The position numbers and the translations under genes were made by a program. Source: Candidatus Bathyarchaeia archaeon (GTDB lineage: Archaea; Thermoproteota; Bathyarchaeia; Bathyarchaeales; Bathycorpusculaceae). From it: a DNA stretch of 64,000 nt. Below the pieces are notes generated by a model. The model was not told the origin of the DNA. It searched no databases and saw only the letters and a list, made by a program, of their open reading frames with translations. The DNA lies in assembly GCA_050010515.1 (NCBI GenBank), contig JBEKKX010000010.1, positions 1 through 64,000 of the forward strand, read 5' to 3'. Of this stretch, positions 50,458-60,276 are shown in pieces; the stretch's first letter is position 1, and every line of letters starts with the position of its first letter.

Positions 50458-50829
50458 TTGTCAGAGTTTGTTTGGAATAAACCTGTCATATGCATTTTTA
50501 AAGAGCGTGACGTTAACCCTGAAATAGACCCTTTTGTAGTTGTTAAAGCCAAAAAAATAATGCTTTCCCGCGCCGAAAACTCTCAAGTAACTGGCAGCCT
50601 TGTAGATTTCTTCACTTTGATGGGTGATGCTGACTATCTTTTATCGCCTGAAGGCGCAGTTGACCATTATGTAATGTGCTGGTTTGATGACACCGAGCCA
50701 GATATGACTAAAGACCTGAGGCGTTTAAGAGGAGTTACCCTTAAGGGAAAAGTTGTTTGTGCACTTAACGTAGCCGGCAAAAGGACGTATAATGCTGCTT
50801 TCAAGGCTGAGCACGCCAAACTCAAATAA
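50458..50829 (+). CDS. Hypothetical protein
   Basis: 123-aa ORF after GAGGA; DPFVVVKA, CWFDD. Confidence 0.7.
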   Translation: MSEFVWNKPVICIFKERDVNPEIDPFVVVKAKKIMLSRAENSQVTGSLVDFFTLMGDADYLLSPEGAVDHYVMCWFDDTEPDMTKDLRRLRGVTLKGKVVCALNVAGKRTYNAAFKAEHAKLK

Positions 50830-51009
50830 ACCTGCTTTTCAGGTAATTTTACTTTTCAAATACCTTTAACTTCGGTAAGTCAAGCTGTAAGCAGCTTTAA
50901 GGATGCGCTAAGTCGCTGCAGTGTATCGAGTTAAAGGTGAATTTTACATTTTTCTTAAACTTAATTTTAAATATAACTGCATAAACTCTATTGGGTAAGG
51001 TCGTAGACC

Positions 51010-51411
51010 ATGGTAGAGCAAAAGTTACATGCAATTCTAATTACTGGTAGAACAATCGATCAAGGTGTTGGAAAAGAGATGGGGAAAGGCTCAAAAGAGT
51101 ACTTTGACAGCTCCGCCCTCTGCTTTATTGATGAATCTGACATGAAAAAACTGGGCATTAAAAGTAGATCAAACGTTAAGGTTACTTCAAAGTATGGTTC
51201 AGTCATCGTTAAAGCAGCCAAGAACCCCTATGGCTCCGATCCTGGCTTGGTTTTCATCCCTTGCGGTTTATGGGCAAATGCCATCTGCGGAGATGAAACC
51301 TTCGGCATGGGCATGCCTCTGTTTAAGGGTTTCCAAGTTGAAGTTGAACCTGCCCCAAACCAAGCTATCTTAACGCTTGATGAACTTTTGAAAGAGGAGT
51401 ATGGAAGGTAA
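51010..51411 (+). CDS. fwdD: Formylmethanofuran dehydrogenase subunit D
   Basis: LITGRTIDQG, FIPCGLWAN, GMPLFKG. Confidence 0.9.
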   Translation: MVEQKLHAILITGRTIDQGVGKEMGKGSKEYFDSSALCFIDESDMKKLGIKSRSNVKVTSKYGSVIVKAAKNPYGSDPGLVFIPCGLWANAICGDETFGMGMPLFKGFQVEVEPAPNQAILTLDELLKEEYGR

Positions 51412-51416
51412 TCGGG

Positions 51417-52901
51417 ATGACAGAAGTAAAATCAGTTGTTTGTCCGATATGCGGCTGCTTATGTGATGACCTTGAAGTAACAGTGGAAAATAACGAGATT
51501 GTTAAAATGAAGAATGGCTGTTCCGTCTGTGAAGCGAAAATGGTTCACGGCTACAAGAGCGACGAGCGAATTTTAAAGCCGCTGATACGAAAGGATGGTA
51601 AGTTAGTTCCTGTATCGATGGATGAAGCAGTACACAAGGCAGCCCAAATTCTCACAGACGCAAAGTATCCACTGCTGTTCGGCTGGAGCAGTTCAACCAG
51701 CGAAGCGCAGCGAATTGGTGTTGAATTAGCTGAAGAATTAGGCTCAGCACTTGATAACTGCTGCAGCGTTTGCCACGGTCCATCAGTTATGGCAACACAA
51801 GAAATCGGTATCCCCTCATGCACTCTTGGGCAAATCAGACATCGTGCAGATCTAATAATTTACTGGGCATGCAACCCATGGACTTCACACCCAAGACACC
51901 TTGAAAGATACACCAGTTTCACTGACGGACGCTTTGAGGGTAGCGAATGGAAAAGTTATCTGGAAAAATTAAAAGGAACCCAAAGCAAGAAAAAAGTGGT
52001 AGCAGCTTCACGGCGAATCATAGGTGGATATGAACCGACGCCTCCTCCGCAAGCTTACACTGTGGATGCGCCGCCACAGACAATGCAGAAGGCGGGGCGT
52101 AAACTGATTGTTGTTGACGTAAGAAAAACCATGACTGCCGAGGCAGCTGATTACTTTATTCAAGTTCAACCAAACAAGGATTATGAAATACTTGATGCGC
52201 TTAGATGTTTAGTGGTTGACCAAGAACTGGACGTTGACAAAGTTGGCGGTGTTCCAGTTGAATACCTCAAAGAAGTAGCTGACGAAATGGTGAACTGCGA
52301 GTTTGGCGTCATCTTCTTCGGTCTCGGCTTAACTCAAAGCGCTGGCAGATTCAGAAACGTCGAAATAGCAATTGCATTAACACGGGACCTTAATAGAAAA
52401 ACCAAATTTGTAATTTCGCCTATGCGAGGGCACTTCAACGTTACAGGCGCAAACGTGGTTTTCGCTTGGCAAACAGGTTATCCATACGCCATTGACTTCT
52501 CACAAGGGTACCCACAATACAACCCGGGAGAATTCACAACCATCGACCTTTTGAGACGCGGCGACAACGACGCAACACTAGTTATTTCTTCAGATCCAGG
52601 GGCGCACTTTCCTAAACCAGCCATGCAAAATATGATGAAGCACCCGTTAATCACCATTAATCCAGATATGAACGCTATCTCAAGGCTTGGCGATGTGGTG
52701 TTTCCAACGCAGTGGTGCGGCATTGAATATGAGGGCACAGCTTACCGCATGGATAACGTGCCAATAATGCTCCGCAAAGTCGTTGAGCCACCGCCAGGAA
52801 TCCTAAACGACGAGCAACTTCTAAAGAGAATCCTTGATGAAGTCCGAGTAATTAAAGCACAAAAAGCAAAGAAAGAGGCTAAAATTGAGGCGGCTTGCTA
52901 A
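51417..52901 (+). CDS. fwdB: Formylmethanofuran dehydrogenase subunit B (Mo/W-bisPGD, Cys ligand)
   Basis: CPICGCLCDD, SVCHGPS, HPRH, PMRGHFNV, GTAYRMD. Confidence 0.93.
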   Translation: MTEVKSVVCPICGCLCDDLEVTVENNEIVKMKNGCSVCEAKMVHGYKSDERILKPLIRKDGKLVPVSMDEAVHKAAQILTDAKYPLLFGWSSSTSEAQRIGVELAEELGSALDNCCSVCHGPSVMATQEIGIPSCTLGQIRHRADLIIYWACNPWTSHPRHLERYTSFTDGRFEGSEWKSYLEKLKGTQSKKKVVAASRRIIGGYEPTPPPQAYTVDAPPQTMQKAGRKLIVVDVRKTMTAEAADYFIQVQPNKDYEILDALRCLVVDQELDVDKVGGVPVEYLKEVADEMVNCEFGVIFFGLGLTQSAGRFRNVEIAIALTRDLNRKTKFVISPMRGHFNVTGANVVFAWQTGYPYAIDFSQGYPQYNPGEFTTIDLLRRGDNDATLVISSDPGAHFPKPAMQNMMKHPLITINPDMNAISRLGDVVFPTQWCGIEYEGTAYRMDNVPIMLRKVVEPPPGILNDEQLLKRILDEVRVIKAQKAKKEAKIEAAC

Positions 52902-54593
52902 ATGACTGAGTTACTTATAAAAAACGGCTTCGTCTTTGACCCCATAAACGGGATTAACGGCGAAAAAATGGACATAGCAATCAAGAACGGCAAAATCGTT
53001 GCAAAAATCACGCGCAGAACTCAAGTGATTGACGCCTCAGGCTTAACCGTTATGCCGGGCGGTGTTGACATTCACACTCACGTTGCCGGCGGAGAAGTTG
53101 ATACTGGCAGAATTATGCGTCCAGAAGACCACGTTAAAGATGTTGAACGCAAAACAGCCCTAACACGCTCAGGCACCGGCTATTCGATTCCATCCACTTT
53201 CACGACGGGTTACCGTTATTCACATATGGGTTACACAACAATCATGAATCCATCTATGGTTCCGCTAGAAGCAAAGCATACGCATGAAGAATTAAACGAT
53301 ATTCCGCTCGTTGACAAAGCCACATACCCGTTGCTGGGCGACTGGTGGTTTGTACTGGAAAACCTGAGCAAAGGCAACATTGAAGAATGCGCACGGCATG
53401 TCGCTTGGATGCTTGATATAACTAAAGGCTATGCCATAAAAATCGTCAACCCAGGCGGCTTAGAATCGTGGGGTTTCGGGCACAATGTCCACAGCATCGA
53501 TGACCAAGTTCCAAACTTTTGCATTACCCCACGCGAAATAATGAGGGGCTTAGCTAAAGTTAACAAACTGCTAAATCTGCCTCACACGATTCACCTTCAC
53601 ACTAACAACCTGGGCTTGCCAGGCAACTACACCACAACCCTCGATACCATGAGGGCGCTTGAAGACTTATACACAGACGGCAAACCAGTTGCGCACATAA
53701 CTCACTTGCAATTCAGCAGTTACGGCGGCGACGGTTGGAGCCACTTTAAATCGGAAGCAGAAGAAATCTCAAGCTACATCAACGCTCACAGCCACATGAC
53801 CTTTGACATGGGACAAATCATATTCACAGACACTACAACCATGACTGCTGACGGCCCCTTCGAGTTCACGCTCTACGAGCTAAGCGGTCACAAATGGGTT
53901 AACAGTGACGTTGAAACTGAGACAAGCGGCGGAATCATACCCTTCCAATACAAGAAAAACAACGCCGTCAACGCAACCCAGTGGTCAATCGGCTTAGAGT
54001 TAGCCTTACTGATTAAGGACCCTTGGAAAATCTTCCTGACCACAGACCACCCCAACGCCGGACCATTCTTCGCGTACCCAAGAATTCTCGCTTGGCTAAT
54101 GAGCAAGAATGCACGTACGGCAACGTTGAATCATTGCCATAAGAAGGCACAGAAAAAGAGTCTGCTGCCCTCAATTGACAGGGAATTGTCGCTCTACGAG
54201 TTAGCAATAATGACCCGTGCGGGACAAGCTAAAGCTTTAGGGCTCAAAAACAAGGGTCACTTAGGTGTTAGTGCTGACGCAGATATTGCAATTTACAACA
54301 TTAATCCTGAAACAACCGACATAGCCCGAGAGTTCAAGACGGTGCGCAGAGCCTTCAAACATGCGGCTTACACGATTAAGGATGGCAAAATCGTGGTTAA
54401 AGACGGCAAAGTAGTAGGCGAAGCTAGCGGCAGAACCATGTGGCTTGATGTCCAAACAAAAGAGCCATGCATAATTGACGAAGAAATGAAACGCAAATTC
54501 AAGCAATACTGGACAGTTGAATACGACAATTACCCAGTGTTTGACCACTACCTGAAGGTTCCAGAAAAATTAACCATAAAAGCAAGTGTCTAA
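52902..54593 (+). CDS. fwdA: Formylmethanofuran dehydrogenase subunit A
   Basis: DIHTH, KIVNPGG, HLHTNNLG, TTMTADGP, TTDHPNAGPF. Confidence 0.95.
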   Translation: MTELLIKNGFVFDPINGINGEKMDIAIKNGKIVAKITRRTQVIDASGLTVMPGGVDIHTHVAGGEVDTGRIMRPEDHVKDVERKTALTRSGTGYSIPSTFTTGYRYSHMGYTTIMNPSMVPLEAKHTHEELNDIPLVDKATYPLLGDWWFVLENLSKGNIEECARHVAWMLDITKGYAIKIVNPGGLESWGFGHNVHSIDDQVPNFCITPREIMRGLAKVNKLLNLPHTIHLHTNNLGLPGNYTTTLDTMRALEDLYTDGKPVAHITHLQFSSYGGDGWSHFKSEAEEISSYINAHSHMTFDMGQIIFTDTTTMTADGPFEFTLYELSGHKWVNSDVETETSGGIIPFQYKKNNAVNATQWSIGLELALLIKDPWKIFLTTDHPNAGPFFAYPRILAWLMSKNARTATLNHCHKKAQKKSLLPSIDRELSLYELAIMTRAGQAKALGLKNKGHLGVSADADIAIYNINPETTDIAREFKTVRRAFKHAAYTIKDGKIVVKDGKVVGEASGRTMWLDVQTKEPCIIDEEMKRKFKQYWTVEYDNYPVFDHYLKVPEKLTIKASV

Positions 54594-54595
54594 AA

Positions 54596-55411
54596 ATGAT
54601 AACGCTGATTCCAAAAAGAAAGTTTGAGGTGCCCGTTCAGGCGGCATGTATTAGCCCAGACGTCTTCAAAGGCAAAACCGCCGCTGAAATAGCAAACTTA
54701 CCCGTTACCGAAGGAAACCGCCAACTGAAACTATGCGACCTCTTTGAAATAACAGAAGATAACGCTGAAACCCCAGCCATAACCATCAACGGCGACGTAA
54801 GCAAAGTCAAACGCATAGGTTCATGCATGAAAACTGGCGAAATAGTCATCAACGGCGACTGTGGCATGCACACAGGCGAAAAAATGCTGGGCGGCAAAAT
54901 CACAGTAAACGGCAATGTAGGCGGATGGACAGGCAACGAAATGAAGGCTGGAACAATCGAAATTCATGGAGACGCAGGCGACTACTTGGCTTCACCATAC
55001 CGCGGAAGCAGCAGCACAGGCATGAAAGGCGGCTTAATAACTGTTGACGGCAAAGTCGGAAGCGACGTAGGCTGTTACCTGCACGGGGGAGTACTCAAAA
55101 TCGGCGGCGGCGCAGGCAGATTCCTAGGCTACCACATGAGCGACGGCGCAATCCTTGTTGACAAGGAAACTGACACTCGCGCCGGCGCATGCATGACAGG
55201 CGGTAAAATAGTCATAACCGGCACAATCCAAGAAGTAATGCCAACATTCACAATTGACAGCGTCAAACCCAAAGTCAAAATCGACGACACACAAAGCGTC
55301 GCTGGACCATTCTACGTGTTTCTCGGCGACTTAGCAGAACACGGCACAGGCAAAATCTTCGTCTCCAAAGCAAACAACCCACAACTAAAAACGTACGAAA
55401 AATACCTATAA
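54596..55411 (+). CDS. fwdC: Formylmethanofuran dehydrogenase subunit C
   Basis: Repeated GxxMxxGxIxxxG beta-helix. Confidence 0.93.
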   Translation: MITLIPKRKFEVPVQAACISPDVFKGKTAAEIANLPVTEGNRQLKLCDLFEITEDNAETPAITINGDVSKVKRIGSCMKTGEIVINGDCGMHTGEKMLGGKITVNGNVGGWTGNEMKAGTIEIHGDAGDYLASPYRGSSSTGMKGGLITVDGKVGSDVGCYLHGGVLKIGGGAGRFLGYHMSDGAILVDKETDTRAGACMTGGKIVITGTIQEVMPTFTIDSVKPKVKIDDTQSVAGPFYVFLGDLAEHGTGKIFVSKANNPQLKTYEKYL

Positions 55412-55639
55412 TTTCTTTTAATGGGCAACGCTTCAGGCGTGAGCTCGCTTCTATTTTTTTAAATATTTCTGCCTCTTACTGCGGTTGTTTTACGTTTATT
55501 TCGGTTAACAGGGCTTGCTGCGGTCTTATTTTTGACGTCACGCATATACATGGATACTAGTCACGCATGTCCATTGTTACCTGTCACTAATTTTTCTTAA
55601 GCGTGCGGTTAGAATAGGTCAACGCTTGCTTCTTCTTGC

Positions 55640-55691
55640 TCGTTTACTATAGTAAACGAAACTTAAGAATTACGTTTACTATACTATACGA
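55640..55691. promoter_or_regulatory. Tandem palindromic operator-like sites upstream of fdhD-moeA
   Basis: Perfect 20-bp TCGTTTACTATAGTAAACGA plus degenerate copy CGTTTACTATACTATACGA 32 bp downstream. Confidence 0.55.
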
Positions 55692-55880
55692 ATCGCACTT
55701 TCGCCTCATTTTAATTCGACGTAATAAGCTTGTGCGGTTTATACTTTTTCAATCCTTTTTTCTTTGAACTTCTCTTTTGATTTTAAGACTTTGATTATTT
55801 CAATAAAGGTTTTGTAACATAGCCGAATGCCTTATCAACAGCGCTGAGTTCAAAACACAACAACACAAGAGGACAGCATT

Positions 55881-56666
55881 ATGCGTCAAGTGGACATGGT
55901 GAGGCTTGACTTATCAACTGGGAAGGCGGAGATAACAAAGGATTGTGTTGCTGAAGAAGTCCCCCTTCAAATCTCGTTAAATGATGTTTATACGTTTGTG
56001 ATTTGGTGTTCTCCCTCGCAGTTTAAGGAGCTTGCAGTCGGCTATTTGCTTGCCGAGGACATTTTACGGGGGGTTGACGAAATCGAATCCTTAAGCTCCA
56101 GTGAGAAGGAGAGCAGTTGCCAGGTTAAGCTAAAGGCAAGCGTGGATTTGGATGAGCGAATGAAAAACTCACGCCGAAGCACCCGCATCATCCCCCTCAT
56201 CAAAGCCAGCACATCGCCCTACCAGCATGACGAGCAAATACCCGTCGTAAAATCGCAGCTGAAAATTAAAGCACAAGTTATCCTAGACGCAATAAACCAA
56301 ATCAATAGCCTTGCTAGGGGTTTTAAGGAAACTGGGGGGCTGCATGACTCCGCCATTTTCAAGTCAGACGGCACAATCGTGGCTTTCTCCGAGGATGTGG
56401 GAAGGCACAACACCGTTGACAAAGTCATAGGTCAGGCGTCACTAAACAAAGAGGACTTCACCCAGTGTTTCATGATAATAACTGGGCGGGTGCCAGGCGA
56501 CATGATTTATAAAGCGGCAAAAGTTGGCTTGCCCATCGTTGCTTCCACGGCTGCTGTTCTTAACTCAGGCATTTCCTCAGCTGAAAAAGCCAACATTGCC
56601 CTAGTAGGGTTTGTACGTGGAAAACGCATGAACATCTACACTGGGCTCGAAAGAATAATCATTTAA
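55881..56666 (+). CDS. fdhD: Formate dehydrogenase accessory sulfurtransferase
   Basis: EEVPL, LAVGYL, TGGLH, EDVGRHNTVDKVIG, GFVRG. Confidence 0.9.
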   Translation: MRQVDMVRLDLSTGKAEITKDCVAEEVPLQISLNDVYTFVIWCSPSQFKELAVGYLLAEDILRGVDEIESLSSSEKESSCQVKLKASVDLDERMKNSRRSTRIIPLIKASTSPYQHDEQIPVVKSQLKIKAQVILDAINQINSLARGFKETGGLHDSAIFKSDGTIVAFSEDVGRHNTVDKVIGQASLNKEDFTQCFMIITGRVPGDMIYKAAKVGLPIVASTAAVLNSGISSAEKANIALVGFVRGKRMNIYTGLERIII

Positions 56667-56669
56667 AAG

Positions 56670-57947
56670 GTGTTTTTCATGAATAGACCCGATATTAGGC
56701 GACTGCCAAAGCGTGCAAACCCCCAAGAAGCATTAAACAAGCTACTTGACGCAGTGCGCTCAAAAACGTTGTCAAGCGAGAACATCGCCTTAGCTGAGGC
56801 TTTAGGCAGAGTATTAGCAACAGATGTCTATTCAAACGTTAACATACCCAGCTACGATAAAACCTTCATCGACGGCTACGCAATCAACCCACAAGACACC
56901 GCGGGCGCATCAACCACAAAGCCTGCAGTGTTTAAAGTTGTTGGTAAACTCTTCCCTGCTGACTACCCAACTAATGCCCAGGTGGCAAGTGGAGAAGCAA
57001 TTTACGTTGCATGTGGAGCACCCCTACCTAAAGGAGCAGCATCAACCGTTAAAGTGGAAGAAACCCGATTAAACGGCGATAGAATCGAGGTAGTCAGAGA
57101 AATAAAGCCAGGCGAGGGCATTATACCGCTTGGAGACGACGTTAAACAAGACGCATTAATTCTTAAGCGAGGGCAAGTTTTAAGACCGCAAGACATTGGG
57201 CTGCTCGCATCGATTGGAATGTCTGAAGCTGAAGTGTTCAAAAAGCCAAGCATCGCCATTCTATCCGGTGGAGACGAACTAATCAAACAATGCAAAAAAG
57301 ACCCAACAAAAATCTCAAATAACTACGCCTTAGTTGTTGCAGGGCTAGCATCTGAATTAGGTGCCGTAGCAGAGTTGAAGGGTATAATGCCTGACGCTTT
57401 AGACCAAGTGCAAGCGAAAATCGGCGAAGCCTTGCTGGATGCCGATATTGTTGTTACTATCGGCGGCTCCTCGGTAGGCATGAAAGATTTTGTTCCAGAC
57501 GCTATAAATAATCTTGGACAACCAGGCGTAGTTGTGCAAGGGGTTTTGTTGAGGCCTGGCGCTGTTTCAGGCTTCGGCGTTGTTAAGGGTAAGCCAGTTG
57601 TGATGTTGCCGGGTCACATCGGGTCTTGCATCGCTGGGTTTTACCTTTTTGTAGCTCCCTTAATCCGCCTTTACTGTGGTCTGCCAGGAGACGGTTTGCT
57701 CCCATGTTTAACGGCTGAGTTGACTGAAGCGGTTGATTCTGGTCCGCAATTCAGGTTTCTGCTCCTTCACCTAAAACGAGCCGAAGACAAACTCTTAGCA
57801 GAGCAGGTTGAGGGCGGTTCAAGCGCGTTAACAACCATTGTCAAATCAAACGGGTACTCGATAGTTCCGCCGCACACAAATTTAGCTAAAGGCACAAAAG
57901 TAGAAGTCTACTTGTTCGGAAAACTAGAATTGGTGCAGATCACCTAA
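56670..57947 (+). CDS. moeA: Molybdopterin molybdo/tungstotransferase
   Basis: ALGRVLA, DGYA, GGDEL, GGSSVG..D, LPG. Confidence 0.9.
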   Translation: MFFMNRPDIRRLPKRANPQEALNKLLDAVRSKTLSSENIALAEALGRVLATDVYSNVNIPSYDKTFIDGYAINPQDTAGASTTKPAVFKVVGKLFPADYPTNAQVASGEAIYVACGAPLPKGAASTVKVEETRLNGDRIEVVREIKPGEGIIPLGDDVKQDALILKRGQVLRPQDIGLLASIGMSEAEVFKKPSIAILSGGDELIKQCKKDPTKISNNYALVVAGLASELGAVAELKGIMPDALDQVQAKIGEALLDADIVVTIGGSSVGMKDFVPDAINNLGQPGVVVQGVLLRPGAVSGFGVVKGKPVVMLPGHIGSCIAGFYLFVAPLIRLYCGLPGDGLLPCLTAELTEAVDSGPQFRFLLLHLKRAEDKLLAEQVEGGSSALTTIVKSNGYSIVPPHTNLAKGTKVEVYLFGKLELVQIT

Positions 57948-57953
57948 AGCAAG

Positions 57954-59042
57954 TTACGGTACTTTGGGCGGATACCTGTGAATATGACCTTGTTTTCCCA
58001 TCGCCCATGATTCGCACCATGATTTATCAGCCAAAGCTCGTTCCGCCAGAAGTATGCAACGGTTTTCCTCGTGTATTTCAGCTTCTATTCGATAGTTGTT
58101 TGCAGCCCTAAGGAAAGCCTCTTTGCCCTCAAAATCCAGTTCAGTAGCCGCTTTGGAGTCAAGTTGCTGCTGAGACAGCTTCAGAAGTGCTTCACCTTGG
58201 TTTTCTCCGCTTACTGCTGCCCAAAAAAACGAGTTATAAACCTCAAAGTTGCTGGTGCATGAAGCAAACGTGCTCTGTGCCTCTGAAAGGTTGCCGCCTT
58301 GGAACATTTCTGTGCCCTTTCGAAGAAGCTTCAAATCAGAAATTGATAAAACGCCCAAGTTTACTTGCCGGTCTTCTGTGACTGGACCGTGAGTGCGGCG
58401 GGTCTGCAGCTGATTTAAATCTTCTTTAAAGTTAATGTTGATGAAACTTTTGAGTTCTGGGTCAAGCGTTTTGATATGGTTCACTGGAGAAGCAAACAGT
58501 ATTTTGGAGGCGCCTCGTGGTATATCGTCTGAGCGTGGCCGCTTCAACTTGCACAGTGTATCGGTGATTTCTAAGCCGCTATGCCTTTCAAGCACCATTA
58601 TGAGGGTTTCAAGCCTGCCGTTAGGCCACATTGGAACAACCACCTCAAAACCTTCCGCCTCATTAAACAGGTAATTAGCAACAGATGGTTGCAGAAAGGG
58701 CATGTCACAGGGCAAAGTAAGACAATAATCAGCTTGAACCGATTTCAACCCAGACATAACTGCCACGTTAGGACCACTAATATGACTATTTTTTTCATCA
58801 ACAACTATCTGAATGTTTGTCAGAGCATATTTTTTTAGGATTTGGGCATATTTTGCTTTCCGTTCCTCGTCGTTTACGGATATTGCAATTTCATCAACAA
58901 CGCCTTGAACGCTTTCAATAGCGCGAATTAAAAGTGGCTTTCCTGAAAGCTTGGCGAGGGCTTTGTCTTGCCATTTTTTGCCTTTCGACTGGAACCTGCG
59001 GCTTTTTCCTCCTGCCAGTATGAGTGCAGCCCGTTTGGTCAT
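57954..59042 (-). CDS. mobA: Molybdenum cofactor guanylyltransferase with C-terminal helical extension
   Basis: LAGGKSRRF, DKA, PCDMPF, SFININ. Confidence 0.85.
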   Translation of the reverse strand: MTKRAALILAGGKSRRFQSKGKKWQDKALAKLSGKPLLIRAIESVQGVVDEIAISVNDEERKAKYAQILKKYALTNIQIVVDEKNSHISGPNVAVMSGLKSVQADYCLTLPCDMPFLQPSVANYLFNEAEGFEVVVPMWPNGRLETLIMVLERHSGLEITDTLCKLKRPRSDDIPRGASKILFASPVNHIKTLDPELKSFININFKEDLNQLQTRRTHGPVTEDRQVNLGVLSISDLKLLRKGTEMFQGGNLSEAQSTFASCTSNFEVYNSFFWAAVSGENQGEALLKLSQQQLDSKAATELDFEGKEAFLRAANNYRIEAEIHEENRCILLAERALADKSWCESWAMGKQGHIHRYPPKVP

Positions 59043-59053
59043 TGTGTCTTTCC

Positions 59054-59653
59054 TCAGTTAACAGTTTTTGCTGGGTTTGTTCTGTGCTTTTCTAATTGTT
59101 TTTTTATTAGTTCTACGAGTTTTTGCCCGTCTTCGGGAACCTTAATTATTGGTATGTTAGTGTAGGTTAGGTTGCTTGTGTTTTGGGCTATTATGCCTGC
59201 AATCGCTAATATCGGCTGAATTGTGCCCTCTAAAGTCTGTTCGAGGCCATTTTGGTCTTTTGCAGTAATAATCTTGGGTACGTCTTGCCTTTTAGCGATT
59301 AAACTGTGGAAGCCTTCAATGAAAACAATGTCGAGTTTTTCTTGTTCAAGTAGAGCGATTATTTTGTCTAAATCGTTGAGCGCCATCTGGGTTTTCTTAA
59401 TGATGTCTATTTCTTCAGGTGAGATTGCTACGATTACTTTGGCGCCTGCTTTAGCGTATCTCCAAGTGTTAGTGCCCTCTTTATCCATCGAAAAACCTTT
59501 GTGGTGGACATGTTTTATTGAGCCGATTTTGTAGCCTTCGGCTGAGAGGTGAGAAATTAAGTATTCTAAGGTTACTGTTTTTCCTGAACCGCTCACGCCG
59601 ACAGCGGCAATAACTAAAACCGTACCGGGTTCACGCTCCTGTTTGAAAATCAA
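59054..59653 (-). CDS. mobB: Molybdopterin-guanine dinucleotide biosynthesis protein B (copy 1)
   Basis: GVSGSGKT, IKHVHH, AGA, IEGF. Confidence 0.88.
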   Translation of the reverse strand: MIFKQEREPGTVLVIAAVGVSGSGKTVTLEYLISHLSAEGYKIGSIKHVHHKGFSMDKEGTNTWRYAKAGAKVIVAISPEEIDIIKKTQMALNDLDKIIALLEQEKLDIVFIEGFHSLIAKRQDVPKIITAKDQNGLEQTLEGTIQPILAIAGIIAQNTSNLTYTNIPIIKVPEDGQKLVELIKKQLEKHRTNPAKTVN

Positions 59654-59748
59654 TTTGCTTGGCTTTATAAATTGTGCCTCATTTTTTGTTTTTATGCATT
59701 AAACAATATATGGCTCATTTACCGTACAAGCTTGATAGGTGCAAACAT

Positions 59749-60255
59749 TTGCCAAAACTTGTTGCGGTTGTCGGGGGGAAGCATTCGGGAAAAACCACGG
59801 TGATTGAGCATTTAACATCGGAGCTTAAACGTCGCGGTTACCATGTTGGAGCAATCAAAGAGATGGTTCGCATCCCAACTTTGGATACCCCCGCCACTGA
59901 AACCGACAGGTACAGCAATGCAGGAGCAGAAATAATAGTTGCAGTTCCACGAGATGAGACAGTAGTATTTATCAAAAAACGGCTTACTGTAAAAGAGGTT
60001 TTACCATATCTTGAAGGGTTAGATTATGTTATTTTAGAAGGCTTCGAGCAAGAGAGAACGGTTCCGAAGATAATTGCGGCAAAAACGGCTGATGAAGTAA
60101 AGGGCTACTTGGATGGCTTAGTCATTGCCGTTTCAGGTTTAATAATGGAGTCTGATGATGAACGAAAGAAAGCTGAAGGGTTTCAGATTCCGATGTTTAA
60201 AAGTCTAACTCAAGCTGGAGAACTTGCTGATTTAGTAGAGCAAAAACAACGTTAA
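59749..60255 (+). CDS. mobB: Molybdopterin-guanine dinucleotide biosynthesis protein B (copy 2)
   Basis: GGKHSGKTT, DT..TETDRY..AGA, LEGF; probable TTG start at 59749. Confidence 0.8.
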   Translation: MPKLVAVVGGKHSGKTTVIEHLTSELKRRGYHVGAIKEMVRIPTLDTPATETDRYSNAGAEIIVAVPRDETVVFIKKRLTVKEVLPYLEGLDYVILEGFEQERTVPKIIAAKTADEVKGYLDGLVIAVSGLIMESDDERKKAEGFQIPMFKSLTQAGELADLVEQKQR

Positions 60256-60276
60256 AAAAATGTGAAAATGAAATTT

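Noticed and set aside
55412-55880. Moco/Wco riboswitch upstream of fdhD
   Set aside because: I could not fold the conserved multi-stem structure by eye; DNA palindromes explain the visible structure. An Rfam cmsearch would settle it
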